From Callorhinchus milii (lineage: Eukaryota): DNA of 64,000 nucleotides. Both the position numbers and the translations under genes were made by a program. Numbering within the stretch: position 1 is the first letter of the stretch; each line of letters starts with the position of its first letter. This document shows, one piece after another, positions 50,501-64,000 of the stretch. The notes under the pieces were generated by a model, which saw nothing but the letters and a program-made list of their open reading frames with translations, did not search any database and was not told the DNA's origin. The stretch lies in NCBI RefSeq assembly GCF_018977255.1, contig NW_024704762.1, positions 6,510,001 through 6,574,000 on the forward strand, read 5' to 3'.

Positions 50501-53500
50501 TTCGGTGAGTATTCAGCATTTTGTATCAATTGTGTGTCTTTAGTCATGGCCTTGTTGGAGCAGAATTGTTCGAAAGGCCTGCAGATGTCCTTAATGTGGA
50601 TATGGATTCCTGTTTTATTAACAAACTGGTTTATGACTAAACAACTTGGCCTTGATGCAGATTAATAGACTGGAATTTGCCCGGTAAACTATCAGCTAAG
50701 CTTGATTGGTAAAACACTTGCCTCTGAGTTCAAGCTCCATGTCAGAACTTAGAGCTAGCAATCAGGCTGCAATGCTGGAGGTGTTGATCTTTGGGTGAGA
50801 TACTAATCTATAGTCCTGCCTGAAAGATCCCTTGATAATATTTTGAAAGAGGAATTTCTCCAGGTGTCTAGCCAACATTTCTCTCAATAAATTGGCAGTG
50901 TTAGAAACTTGCTTGTCAAAATTAGTTGCCATGTTTGCCTACAATGCACAATATTGTCAGTAAGTGCCTGTGAAGAGCCTCAAGACATTATAGGTGTTGT
51001 ATCAATTTGCATTATTCCTCGTCCTACAGGATATTCGACTGAGTGTAACAGAAGATTTGAGTGCAAACAGCAGAACTAAAATCCTTCACATCCAGTCCAA
51101 GCTTACTGATGCAAGAATTGTTCACTGGAGAGCAGTACTGAACAGCAACAATCTTTATATTGAGCTCCCAGTTGGGGCCTTGCCTGAAGGAAGCAAAGAA
51201 AGGTATGTGTGTGGAGTATCCTGAATGCTAAAAGCGGAAATTGTGGGTGGAATAAAAAGGAACCCTTTAGTTGGACAGATGTGACTTGAACTTTACCAGG
51301 AACCCTGCTTCTGTTTGTTTAAGAAGCTGTGTTAATTTATGCTTGCGGCTCAATTGTAACTGCTTTCACTAGCCAATTTATAATGTGGACCTCAATGATG
51401 ACTTTGTTTCCACAGAAATTTGATTTTAGATAGAACTAAAATAGCTAGAAATACTCATATTTGCTAGGATTATGAATGACTAATGTAGCCAATACATACT
51501 TGCTTCAAAATATTCTGTTTCTAGTGAATTAGGCAAGTGGGTTGAGGTTTGATATTGATATATGAATCACTAAATTGGATGTCGTCATTAAATTGAACTG
51601 CATGGCCAAGGGGAAGGATGGTGACTTAGCTTTCTTTCTCACTCCTGTTTTGACATACATCTTTCCAGTTTCACCATCCTGCTGGAGTTTGCAGAAGAAC
51701 ATCTTCAGGCTGAACATGTCTTCATTTGCTTCCACAAGAACAGGGATGATCGAGGTGAGTGATGGAAAACTGTATTTCAAACAATCTGAAACTGGTAATA
51801 TCTGACATATTTAAAGAATTCTGAGTGGAACTTGCACATTGTTGTGACTTGAGTGAAATTCAAATCTTGCTTTAACAATTCTTTCGCTGAATGTTTAATT
51901 TGGGGTTGCTGTACAGGTTTATGTTGAGCAAAACCAAAACGTTCCATTGAATACTGTCAGTATAACAACTAATTGGACTAAAGTATAGGTAGTGTGTGGG
52001 ATTGTGTGCTAACTGCTTTGACTGTAGTTCAGGGGTCAATCAACTCAGTGATGCTTAAAGAAACTACTTCTTTAATACTGCCAATTATAGCATTCTATAA
52101 ATGAACTAATAACTAATCTTAATGGTGTAGAGTATTTATAATGCAGAGCTGCTTTGCTTAATCAGAAGCAGCTCTCCAGTATCCTTGACTTGTGGGCAGA
52201 TGCCACAGTACCGATAGTTACAGAAGAAAGTATGTACACTTTATAAATGTTCTGCTGTTACCTGAAGTTTGGGGAAGTTCCTTAAGAACTATTTGACTGC
52301 AAAGCAATGAGCTTGGAACTGGTCAGCCCCACCAGTGAGAAACCTTGACTTGAATGGTTTTGGCAGCAATGCTCATTTCAATGGTAGTACGGCAAGGTTA
52401 AATGCACTATTAACATTAAAACTGCTGGTTCAAGCTCTACAAACAAAACTATCCCCACTAGCCTTATTCTACATTTGGCATCTCATTGAAGGCTCTTAAG
52501 TTCCTACAAGCAGCCCACTGTACATATTCCTAAACAAGCCAACCAATCAAGGTTTTTTTAAAAAAAATCTCCACAGTTGAACATGTTTTGGAGCACACCA
52601 TTTTGTGTACTTTGCACTGAAGCAAAATCTACTTTGGTAGGCTGGGCTGCATGTATGCAGTTTTCTAGTGGACAGCTGGAAAAGCCTGGGACCAGCCTGC
52701 CTCATCCCTGCCCTTTTCCTCGGTGTAGAGAAGAGTATCACACAGTTAGGAGAGGACACTGATCTTTCGAATAATTTGTGCCTCAGGCTAATAAACCAGC
52801 ACGCAACAAATCTTGGACATTGTTTTGACAGTATAAATATTCTACATTGACTTTATGATTACTGCTGTAAATTGCATTGGTGGTTAAAGGTTTATTGACA
52901 GCTGCCTAGAACGTCAGCTATTTAAATCCTAATGCATTGTTTAGTCTGATTTTTTTTCTGCTCCTGCTGAGTCCTATTCAACAACAACAAGATTACATTT
53001 GAATAGTGCCTTTCATGTCGAGCGGACGTCCCAAGGCGCTGGACAGAGTACAGCATTTCAGACCTGAGCTGGGGTTGGGAGGGGGGGTGGCTGATGGCAT
53101 GGTCGAAGAGGAGGGTCTTGAGGCAGGACTTGAAGGAGGCTAAGGAGGGGGTGTGGCGGAGTGACTGGAGAATGGAATTCCAGAGGTTGGGGCTGAGGTG
53201 GCCAATGGTGGGCGGGTGGGTCCATACTGTTCATGTAGTTTGCTAAAATCCAACTCAACAGTGCAATCTGTATGATCGCCTGGAGTCGGTTCCAGATAGC
53301 TGTCATGCAATTATGCGGAGTATGCAATTACCTGAAGTTCTATTGACTATTTATAGTTCATAACCATTTCACAAATGAACAGTATATATTACTTCAGGAC
53401 ATAAACCATAACTCAGTATATATTACTTCAAGACCATTAAAGGAGTGAGCTAAAGTAAGAATGGTATATCTCTTCTTAGTCTCCATAATTCCAAGGCAAT

Positions 53501-53846
53501 AAGGCAAATTATGCAATTATCAGATCTGCAACCAAATGGAGTGCAATACCATACAAACAAGTAGCGAATTTTCGGTTTCTGGAAATTGCTATGCAATGAA
53601 GCAGAGTATGCAATCATCTGACATGCAATTAAGTGTAGTGCGCTGTACATGTCTCCGAGGGCCGTGAAGAGGTTAAATGAAGTAACTTGATGTCTTTTTT
53701 CCCCTTTTTTTTTTTTTTTTTTTGCAGCTTCACTGCTTCGCACCTTTAGCTTTCTTGGCTTTGAGATTGTGAGACCTGGACATCCCCTCGTCCCAAAGAG
53801 ACCAGATGCTTTCTTCATGGCGTACACAATTGAAAGAGGCATCTGA
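47524..53846 (+). CDS. OAZ1: Ornithine decarboxylase antizyme 1, 5 exons, translated via programmed +1 frameshift
   Basis: Exons 47524-47637 ([20 protein letters not shown]; second ATG 47597), 50359-50504 ([13 protein letters not shown]; +1 frame [20 protein letters not shown]), 51030-51202 ([14 protein letters not shown]), 51669-51754 ([25 protein letters not shown]), 53728-53846 ([31 protein letters not shown]). AATAAA at 54169-54174. Confidence 0.97.
48850..49060. repeat. GT/G-rich low-complexity minisatellite in OAZ1 intron 1
   Basis: Recurrent GGGGGGGTGTGGTGTAGTGTG...GTGTTGTGTGTATG blocks. Confidence 0.85.
50390..50478 (+). other. Antizyme frameshift cassette: 5' stimulator, TCC-TGA shift site, 3' RNA pseudoknot
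   Basis: TCC 50414-50416, TGA 50417-50419. Stem 1 TCCCTCACCCACC 50422-50434 pairs with GGTGGGCGAGGGA 50448-50460 (one A-C mismatch). Stem 2 GATCCC 50441-50446 pairs with GGGATC 50470-50475. Confidence 0.96.
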
Positions 53847-56800
53847 TGAAGAATAAACGTGTACTTTCATCTAGTGCTTTGGTGTTCGGCTACTTTTTGT
53901 TTTTTTGTCTCTGTCATCTGTGAAGGTGGATTGGTGGATGTTTGTCAGCCTCTGTGGGTTTTAAGGTGTGGTGATAATGTGCCCCAGTTTGGAGTAGCAT
54001 GAGAGCTTTCAGGCTATCTGGTGATGGTCTGTTTGAATTTTCACTTGTACTGTGTATCTTGAAATATCTGCATGTTATGATTATAGCAAATAAATTGCTC
54101 ACCAAGAAATTAACTGCATATCACTCCTAATTTTTTAGTTTCAAGTTCCCTTTGTTACATTAATTTTAAATAAAATTTATTTTTACCGTTGGAGTAGTTC
54201 TCTTGAACTAAATTAAATGTCTTGACTTTTCCCAGAACATGCAACGATAAACTCTTGGCATTTAATTCCACGACTTGGTGATTGTAAACATCTAATGACT
54301 TTTTTCCCCACAGTGCTTTTTTTTTTCTTTAATGCTTTCTGTTTTTTAAGATACAGGGAAGATTTAGGCTTGCTCTCATGTCCTGCTGGGAAATCAGTTG
54401 AGACTTTCAATTTTGGGCTGTTTCAATAGCTGTTGTAGCTTAGGAGACTGGAATACCATAATTTGCGTGGAGTAAAAACATCACAGGATAGTTGGGCCTA
54501 TTTCTGTCGTACCATTCATTCTGTGATTTTGAATGCTTTACCTACTTATAACCACCTGATCCTTTACAAAATCTCTTCATTGTACATCAGTGGTTTAAAC
54601 AATAACCTTTTGAAAGATACTGAGCTTTAAACCCCCAATTCTTCCAAAATTACTTCAAATGTTTCTTAAAAGTGCTACCGCTTGCCTTTTGTTATCCCCC
54701 CCCAATCTATCAATATTGTTGGAGTGCATCTCTAAATCAGATAAAATTCTCAGTTGTAAAGCCCATTCAAGACCATACTGCTCCAATATTGGAGGCACGC
54801 TCCTAAAGTATGTGACTAGATGCACAAAAATGCTTCGTTGAATCACTGCTCTTGCTGTTCCAGCCTTCCTTGTGTTTGTCTCAGCAATGTGTTGATAGCT
54901 TTTCTGCACTTTCTCTTCTACTGAGTGGCACATTATTTCACTGTAACTGGCATTGACTGAATGTTCTTGGTTGAACTCGGGATCCTAATCAGTTAATAGA
55001 GTATATCTTTAACTCTCCATAATTGAAGACCGTGAAGATGCATAGCTGATCAGATAACTGAACAGTGTTTAGGCACAAGGTCAGAATATTTCCATGGTGC
55101 AATAACATTCTGTGCTGGATACTAAACATGTTGAAATGCGGGGGAGGGGATAGGAAAATCATCTAATTATACCACTTTAGAGAAGATTTTGAAGGCAGTG
55201 AAGCGAAGAGTAGTTTCTTTGTGACTGGCTAAACCTTTGGAGGAAGTTAACTTGGAAGACATCTGGAACTAGCAACTGAAATCATCGTCACAAACTTTTC
55301 TCTTGGATCCTTTCGGGTCCATTGCCTCCCGATTGAACAGATGGCTGCTTTATGTAATTAGTCCTTCTGTAGATAGTTATTTCATGAAATAACAAAAAAT
55401 CTATTGAGGTTTAATTTCATTCTGCCCTACAACTACATAAAGGATTGCTAACCTTTTCAGGTTAGAGCGACTAATCCTAAGATTTTAATAGGTTACAGAT
55501 TTTGAAGCGTCAAAGATTAAACCCTGCATTACCCCCACCGCCATAATTTCCTTTGGGTTGGCATTGATTATATCTTAAGCTAACCTGACCTGTTCCCAGA
55601 TGGTGGTGAGTTTTGCAGTCTCTCAGGTTATTCTGCTCTGCACGCTTTGCATCTAGTTTATTTTACGTAGTAAGTGCTATTTTCTTCTGTTTGGATATTT
55701 TTGTGGATTTGTGCTAAAAAATCTTAATGCAGTTGTTAGAAAATGAAAATTGTATTTAATTTAGTGCCAAGCTGTGGATGTAGTGCCTTGTGAAGTGCTC
55801 CTGACATGAAAGGAGCTTTACAAATATAAACCTGCAATCGTTTTGAGACTTAAGCCTGAACGGTACTGTGAGCGAATGCATCACATGAAGTGCATAGAGC
55901 AGTGAAACCATCTGTGCTTTTTGTTCCAATGAAATCTTCTCTCATTGTGCATTTTCAAAATGTTCTACACCACGGACTACGTATCAGTAATCTTGTGAAG
56001 AGGGCTGAAACTTTTTTCAGAAACTGCCACTTGACCTTGTTTATTATTCACATCAATATTCACCAGATTGTTGTTGTTTAAGTCGTTCTGCTCGAATCAA
56101 CAAAGTTACCGCTTAAACAAACTGGCTCTAAACTAAACAACACCCCCCCCCCTGGTTTCTTTTAAGAAATTCGTAGCATCTAAAATTTGGCAAATTCTTA
56201 AATTCAACCTTTAATTCTGAAGCTGGTTATCTGTAAGTTATTTTAGAGAACTACCGGCTTCAAAGCTAAGAGTGAATTCAACAATTTGATACTCAATCAC
56301 TCCCTAAATAGAGTAAGTCTAGACCCCAGGTAGAATTTCTGTACTGAATGCCTATACCAGGGAGTAACAACACATTATTTCATTTTAAGACTCTTTAAAC
56401 GTGTGCTCTCCAGGCAAATGTAATTTGATATCTTAGTTCTGTCTCCCTCGTTCCTACGGAAATCGACTCTTATTACTGGGTCCCAAGAGAGACCGAAGGT
56501 CTCTGCGATTGGGGGAGGTGGAGTTTTTAAAAAAAAAAGCTGGATTTAATTAAGTCGGGATCTTGCACGGATCTTACGACTGCTCACTATACACGATGAT
56601 GACTGAGGCATGTTTTGTAAACCGCTCAAGCTGTTTGTGCAGAATGGCCAGGGGGATGGAAATTAGCTGACGGACAGAGACATGCGGAACATTCAGTCAT
56701 CAGTGTACGATCATGTGAAATTGACATGAGAAATCGAGAGGGAAATATCCAACAGAAGTTGAGAAGAGGAGCGGTGAGCGAGACATTAAAGGGTACGAGA

Positions 56801-57744
56801 TACCACTTGGTATTTAAGTGGTATGAAAGTCATTTGCATGTCCGCTGCAGCAACCATTGGTGCGTGGCTAGTGGTTTTGCATAGCAAAAGTATCAAAAAA
56901 AAGTCTTGCATGTGGTTGTTTGCTTAATTTGGACAGGAAGGATGTGACTTGAGACTATTTAGATCATCTCTATTAACATTTAAATAAAACACTTAATGCA
57001 GTGCTACTCTTGCACTTGATGCAATACCTCTTTATCGAAATATTTATTATCGACGATCCTCACATTTTCACCCACAAAAGAGACGGGCCATTCGCTTTAC
57101 AGTATCTTCTCTGAATCGCTTTCGAGATGTCTCAACAGCTTGATAAGGCACTATATTAAATGCGAGGATTATCATTGTTTGGAATCGCATAATAAATCCA
57201 CCTTCAGGCACTTTTATTTTTCATTTCAATTTATTATATCTCGATTCTGAGAAAACTGCCCTTTCCGATTCTTTTCCCCACCCCTCTCTCTTACACTCCG
57301 ATTCATTTCTCGGTCAGATGGGAGTGCTGAGACACGTGGAAACCCATTGCCATGCTCAGCAGTGTCCAAAACAACTCCCCAAGTTGCCCATGTACATGCC
57401 ATGTATAAGCAAGGAGGTATCACCCCTCCCCCCCCCCCCCCCCACCCCCAGAGAATTGCACCTTATTTACCTAATTACAGAAAGGTGCAGTTTGGCAAGA
57501 TTGGGGTAAAGTATGCATTCGACCATGACTACGGTGACTTCCCCTTTCTCACCCCAGCTCGGGGTCAAACTCCTCCAATGTTCAGCACTCCGAGACATTA
57601 CCCCACGTGAAAGTCGCTATATAATTATAACAGTCTTTGTTGTTTTATAATGTCGTACTGTGATAATAGTTCAGGCCGGAACAGAAGCTGATGTTGTGCA
57701 GTGAAGCTGCAGTAGATCAGAGTCATGTCCCTCTCTGATCCAAA

Positions 57745-58085
57745 AACAACTAAATTACATTTGTACAGCGCCTTTCACGTCAGGAGGACGTCCCAAGGCG
57801 TTGGACAGTCTGAGTTTTGGATCCAAGCTGGGGATCGGGATTGGGGAGGGTAGAGGTTGGGGATGTGGGGCGGTGGGGGGCAGCAGTGAGATCGAAAGCA
57901 CGGTCGAAGAGGAGGGATTTGAGATGGGTCTTGGTAGGGGGTACAAGACCAGGATCTTGAAGTGTAACCTCTGTGACGGGAAGCCAGTGGAGTCGGGCAA
58001 GGATGGGTCGGGTGATAGCGCCACGGAGCCTGGTGAGGGGAGAGGACACGGGCTGCAGAGTTCTGGATGATTGCAGCCTATGGAT
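57745..58085 (-). mobile_element. L2-clade LINE 3' fragment directly after the PEAK3 stop codon
   Basis: Minus-strand PILARLHWLPV...KTHLKSLLFDRAF, homologous to the 42844-43505 copy. Confidence 0.8.
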
Positions 58086-58097
58086 AGCTGGTATTCC

Positions 58098-61000
58098 TCA
58101 TTCAGTGTGTTTCCTGCTGAAAATCAATAACCCTTCCATTGCTTGAAACACTGAATCGGGAGTAGCAAATGCAAAGTACTGAGAGCAAAGCCAGTCTTCA
58201 AGCTCAATAGACCCATCGTCCTCCAGGAACCTTTCCCCTAACTTCAGCATCAGCAGAAATCGCTTCGCATCCAACCAGTTCCCCAGCAACTCACTGATGT
58301 CCTTGGCCCCAGTGTTCAGACTGAAGACCTCTTTCCTTGGACCCCAAATCAGGGCCTGTAGGATGCTCTTTGCTTGACGAATGTGTATTCTCTGAGTGGG
58401 GTCGGCACGTAGCAGCAAGTGGGCAAGATGCTGGAGACCCTCTGAGTAAGGGGACAAGCACGGGATCTGAGGCAGGTTTTTGGAATCGTACTCCTGGTCC
58501 TCGTTTTCCCTGGAAATGTTCTCGAAGGGATTCGGCAGGTGCAGGGCTTCGTAGATCAGGATGCCCACTTGGAACTCGTCGACCTTCTTATACTGGGAGG
58601 TGGATGCGATCTCGGGCGCTAGGCGGGCACGGTCCGGGTGAGGCTTGCGGTTTACGGTGGTGCTCCTTTGCTTGGCACTGGAGAAATTGCTGAGGGTCAG
58701 CCTGGGCACCCGAAGCTTCTCCGCCAGCCCTTCCCCTCTCGGCCCTGCCTTGCGGCAGCCCGCGGTCGGCTCGACCAAGAGCAGGTTTTCCGGGCGAAGA
58801 TCGCAATGGGTCGTGTGGTGAACTTTGAGGTGTTCCAGCCCTGCGCACAGCTGCAGAAGAAGTAGACTCACTTCACGCTCGTACACATCTGGCTGGGACT
58901 GATGAAGATCGATGGACTTGATCACGAAATCCGCCATGGTCTGAAAGGGAATCTCCCCCATGATGGTAACCATTTGGTTGACTTCCTTTGAGTTGCCTTC
59001 AGGGCTTCCCGACTCATCGGTTTCTCCACCGTGGCTGTTTCTGTCTTCTTGGTCGCCGGGAATCGAGGGCGCCCCTTTGGGAGGCAATAGGCTTAGCGGG
59101 GTGGATGCCACAAAGTGACCGCAGACCTGTTGGATGTTGAAGTGGACCGGGATGCTTCTCTGTACAGAGAGGGTGGATTCCATCTGTCCGTGTTCCAGGC
59201 TCTGGGCTTTGCAGATCTGGATTCGATCATGGAAAAGAAATGCAATACCGACTTGAATCAAGAATTCACGCTGCAAGTTTGAACTGATTTAGAACAACGC
59301 TGTGTGTTTCGCCCACACTATACGGTCAATCCACTTGACGGTGTATTCTGTGAAGCGCTTTGAGACATCTCGAAGACGTGATAAGGTGCTATATCAAATG
59401 CAAGTATTATTATAGAAATTTACGGTACAGAAACAGGCCATTCAGCCCTTTGTGTCTGTGCTGGTTCTTTTAAAGAGCAAACTCTTGAATCCCATTTAAA
59501 AATAATAAACCTCGTTTTTTGAATTTAATCGCTAACGAGAATTTTCCCCGGCATTTGTGCAGCGCGCTTCATGCGAGGTAGCGTCTCGGGAATGCTTAAC
59601 GGCGGTGGATGAATCTCTACTGATCGATGCGTGACTTCGAAACATGGGTTTAAGATGAGTTGTGTTCAGATATACCCAGAATTAAGCAATGAATGTGAGC
59701 CCAAGTGTGGAGTCCTGTCGCTCAGTGGTTAGAGCACTCGCTTTGCAAGCGAGAGACCCGAGTTCAATTCCAGGCAGAGGGCGAAACCTTGGGCAAGTTT
59801 CCTTACTCCACACAGAGCCTAATAATAATCCCTCCAAAACAAAAAACAATAATAAATTGGTCATTTTCAATCTACGACTGTTTGTGGGACATTGCTGTGC
59901 GCAATCGGCTGCCGCGTTCGCCCACAAATATACAGTCAATTCACTTTACAGTGTGTTCTGTGAAGCGCTTTGGGACGTCCTCCTGACGTGAGAAGCCCTA
60001 TATCAAATGCAAGGATGATTATTATTAACACTGTCCTTCATTGGGCAAGATGGGCACTGCCTTTAAGTTTACGAAGTTCTGCAACTTTCAGACCATTGGG
60101 TTGCACTTTTTTTTTTTTTTTTTGCTGCCCACATTGAAGCTTCCTGTTCCATTCCAGGAAATCAGTTCGTATCTTCTGCGCTTCACAAAATAAAGGGCTA
60201 CTCGTTTCATTTGTTTTTCTTCCTTTGCCACATTTGTTAGTGTAGATAGACACTGTTTGCAATGAGGACAGAGGATTGAACATGATTATGGAGAGTAGTT
60301 ATGGACAGTTTAATTTATTGGAAATTTACAACCGCCACATTCAAGTTACCCCCCCCCCCTTTCCCTCCCCAAGTAATGCTGCATTAGATAATAGATAAGT
60401 GACCCCCATGGCTTTCTATGGCACTGCTATTTGCAGACCAACCGGTCTCGCTCATTGGCAGTCAAATCAGTAAAATCCTGTGAAGTGCTTTAAGACATCT
60501 GTCCTCCTGATGTAGAAGGCACTTCACCAAATGCAAGTATTGTCTTAATTATTAAATAATAAACTCTTATTTCCAATCAGAATGGATTAAGAAATATTCA
60601 GAAATGGATGAAGAAACCGGTTAGTTGCCTCACAATATCCTTCAGGGAAATATTTCTCAATCTTCTGGTATTACAAAGTTTTTTTGGGGGGCTGTTTTTA
60701 AAGATCAAATGCCATCTTTATTGCTAAGCTACACAAGCAGGCCTCAGTACTGTACTTGCATAACACCTTTCACGTAGGAAAAGGTCTCAAAGCTCTTCTT
60801 TGACGTCACCGTGAAACAGTCAAAGGCTTCTCGGAAATCTGGCTACTCAACGTGATATGGGGTGTCACCTCCTCAAGGAAGTCTTTGAGGTTGTGCAAGC
60901 AAGATCTATCACTTCTGAAGCTGCATAAGCTGCCAAATTTTTTGCTACGTGCAACTATATGCCCCAGAACTCTCTACCTCTAACCCTCTGCCTTGCCACC

Positions 61001-61880
61001 TCCATCCCTGTCCTCTTCGACCGTGCCTGCGGTCACTTCCCCACCGGCTCGGCATTGTGCTCTGGGGCGCTACCCTACATTAGGGGTTGCTGTATAAATC
61101 CTAGTTGTTGTTCTTGTTTCCATACAAGTGTTAAGATGTTGTGTAGAGAGGCACTGCTTACCTTCATAGCGTATAGATTCCGTGGCTCCACAGTGTGCTG
61201 GACAATGTAGTAAGCAGCGTCGCTAGAGGAACAGCTGGCCTTGGTGGACTGAAGGCTGAAGTCAGGCCAGTCCTTCTCTTCGAAGGTCACCTCTGTCTGG
61301 TCTTTCAGGAAGAACTTCTGATACTTGGCGCAAATGTAGTCCAGCGACACAGCACAGCGCAGGGCGAGCGTTCTGAACACCTCGCTCCTCGTGGCGAAGT
61401 TGGGGAAGAAGAGGCTCAGCTCCAGCGCGGTTATGTCAAAGTTTAACGTCTCAATAGAGACTTGAGGCTCGCTGAAATGATAGTAACTCGTGACTTCATC
61501 CAGGCTTTGGGATTTTACCATCCTTTTCCCTTCTTTATTAGGGCCCGGAAGGTTGAACAACTCGTTAGTGCTCATGGGACTGGTGGGAACACTTGCGCTG
61601 CTGTTACCATAGTACACAGGCTTCCCTTTGTAGATGCCATAGAGCGGGTTACTAATCTGAATGCCGGGAGAGGTGGGAAGACTCTTCGACAGCTTTGAGT
61701 TCAGCAACCCTCCCCCGGGGGCTGAGTTTGTGCGGATGATTTTCTTCTTGGGGAGAGGGGGTGGTTTGGAATTGTCAGGGACCCCTCCCTTGATGGTCTC
61801 TCTGTCTGCCTGGACCCTCGCTGGCCATTGATTTTCACCGTGTGGGCATCTGGTGTGCACCGTACTTGGACGCACTTCTC
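58098..61880 (-). CDS. PEAK3: PEAK family pseudokinase 3 (C19orf35), last two coding exons; first coding exon not located
   Basis: Exon 61162-61880 (phase 1; PPPLPKK Crk-SH3 motif, RTNSAP 14-3-3-type motif, YAMK). Exon 58098-59216 (HFNIQQVCGHF, HCDLRPENLLL, SNFS, RLAPEI, DEFQVGILIYE, EDWLCSQYF SHED helix). The position downstream of OAZ1 matches PEAK3. Confidence 0.88.
59707..60026 (+). mobile_element. SINE family A, full length, in a PEAK3 intron
   Basis: tRNA head, core and L2-like tail as in the other copies. Confidence 0.92.
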
Positions 61881-62952
61881 CTGAAAAGCACAAGAAACTC
61901 CATCATAGCTCCCAAATCCCTCCATCCCATCCCAGTCCCTCCGACTTGCCCCCTCCCTCACTTGGGTCATCTTTCCTATCTATACCCTCGCACCCCCCCC
62001 CCCCCAGCTCCAATGTCAAGCCAAAGACCGCCAAGCACCTTGAGGGGTCAAGGCGTCCTCCTGACTTGACCCGAGATAAATGTACAATTGTTTTGGATTG
62101 TATTGAAACCACCTGTTGCTTTTTGTGAATGAATTGTCCCCTAAATGGCGACCTTTCATCAACCCAACCACCACGCTCCACCATTTTATTACTCTGTGAC
62201 GGTTCTTTATCTTTCTCATCCATTTTCCCCAATGTTTCTCCACAATCGCTCAATATTAAATTCTAAGAATCGTTGGTGTGTGATGCCTCATTGGGGCAAA
62301 ACCTCTCAAAACCTAGCCCAGCGGGTGGTTAGTGGCTGTGCATTTGGAGGCCACTGCAACAGCCGAATGTCCCAACAAGTAGCCAGGAGGTGAATAGTCA
62401 ATAGCATTACTGCCCAAGCTTCTAACTGGAGGAGCCTACAGCCCATTCTTCCCAGATTTCTGTTCAAATCACATTTGCTGTTGTTCAATTTACCTTTCAG
62501 TTTAGGCCTAAGGTTGCCTATTGGCTTGATGAGGAATAATTCTGAGTCCCTTCCTTATAAGAGCGGGCAAGCCATTTGAGACTATGTGAGACTGTTCAAC
62601 ATTCCTAATTTCAGTCTAAATAATGGAAGCTGTGTTTTTTTTCTGCTGTTCTTAGCTTTGAAGACCCAACGCTCTTACAGGCAAAAGCTCGAAGGGATAA
62701 GGGATTCTGAGCCAGACATTTCACTTGCTTTTAGATCCAGTGGAAAGGAGAAGGGAGTTCTAGCACACGGCTTTTGGGTTTATGCAACGGTTGCTGTGTT
62801 TGCTGTTTGATCACATGGTGAGATTGTGCAGTTTTTTCCTGAAACAGGTTCTTACTTCATGCCAACCACATCAGCTCTTTTCAACATCAATCCGCAGCCC
62901 ATTGACCTCTCTGTGTAGGGTTCACAGCACTTCCCAAAGCCCTGCTGCACCT

Positions 62953-62983
<31 letters not shown>

Positions 62984-64000
62984 GATCTAGACGTGTCTTA
63001 ACCAGCGGCATTAGGAATAGAAGAAGAAACTGGTTGAAGAAGAAAGCATCAGCCTATTTAAGAAGTGACGTGATGCATACATGAGGGAGAAGGGAACAGA
63101 GGGGCATAAGGGCTCCAAGATGCTGCCCCACGTGAAGGGCGCTGTATAAATGCATGTTGTTGTTGGAAAGAAGAGGGGAAGAGGAGGGATAGAGATTCAA
63201 ATGAAGTGTAAACACCACCAACACTAGTTAACAGAGAGCTTGTGACTTTGAGAATGTCGCAAAGTTTCTGCATTGTGGAGTGACTGTGTTTTGTAGGCCA
63301 ACACGGCAGCCAATTTGCAAACAAAAGACATCCCACGAACAGCCGTGAAGTCAATGAACAATTTTTTTTTTTAATCTGGGGAGTTGTTGACCAGGATACT
63401 GGGAAGAAACTACCTTCTCTTTTTAAATAGCGCCGTGGGATTTTTAATGGTCTCCCAAACAGGCACAGACAGGGAGCTGGGTTTAATGTCTCATTCAAAG
63501 AGGAGGGCCGAGATAATGTTTATACTTTCAGTTATCTTAGTTATCTTGCTTAATCAGATAATACAGATTATTATTTTCCATCTTCCGCTCTGGCAGTGCG
63601 TGGAGATGTTATCTGATTTAAGAGATCGATGAGTGTTTTCAAAGCTTGTAACTTTTGCTGCCAACAGAAAAGTTTTCTTAAAAAAAAAATGTTTTTCAAA
63701 TTAATGCACGACATGTTTTCTGCCGAACATTTAGTGGCTGACGCAGAAGTCCCAATTTCGATCGGTTCCACTTTCAATTGCGTCCAGATTGGGAGTAACT
63801 TTCTTGAGGTTCCTTTGCTCACTCCTGATGTTGGCCCCAGTTGTGTTATGTTTATTCTGGATCAGGCTGCGATTGAACCCTCAAACTGAATGCCGATGTG
63901 CTCTTGCTTGTTTATTGTAAAATACTGAGCCTTGCTGCAAAAAGCCTGCTGCTTGTGTTTATCTGATGAAACCAACAGAGCCACAGAAGGTTAAACCTTC

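Noticed and set aside
62000-64000. Possible first coding exon of PEAK3
   Set aside because: Donor-like sites exist (e.g. ~62493, ~62855) but none precedes the expected Y-x-N-L-type peptide, so I could not support a call.

Overview
Intron-rich vertebrate genomic DNA, not prokaryotic. It carries the conserved block equivalent to human 19p13.3: a probable 3' UTR of an upstream gene (DOT1L by synteny only), PLEKHJ1 (-), SF3A2 (+), AMH (+), a JSRP1-like gene (-), OAZ1 (+) and PEAK3/C19orf35 (-, 5' end not located). I traced each gene exon by exon using GT-AG sites and consistent phases. The tRNA-derived SINE/L2/CR1 repeats and protein divergence suggest a cartilaginous fish, probably a chimaera such as Callorhinchus milii (inference). 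There is one 288-N gap. The most striking mechanism is the OAZ1 programmed +1 frameshift (TCC-TGA plus pseudoknot), which is well known. Less obvious observations: three small frame anomalies (one in SF3A2, two in OAZ1), a decayed duplicate of the JSRP1 transmembrane exon, a ~240-bp-arm inverted repeat in PLEKHJ1 intron 3, a duplicated CCAAT/E-box/GC-box module in the OAZ1 promoter, and one-directional AT-to-GC substitution in SINE copies next to CpG islands. I found no convincing wholly new biological system. Homolog comparisons are from memory, not database searches.
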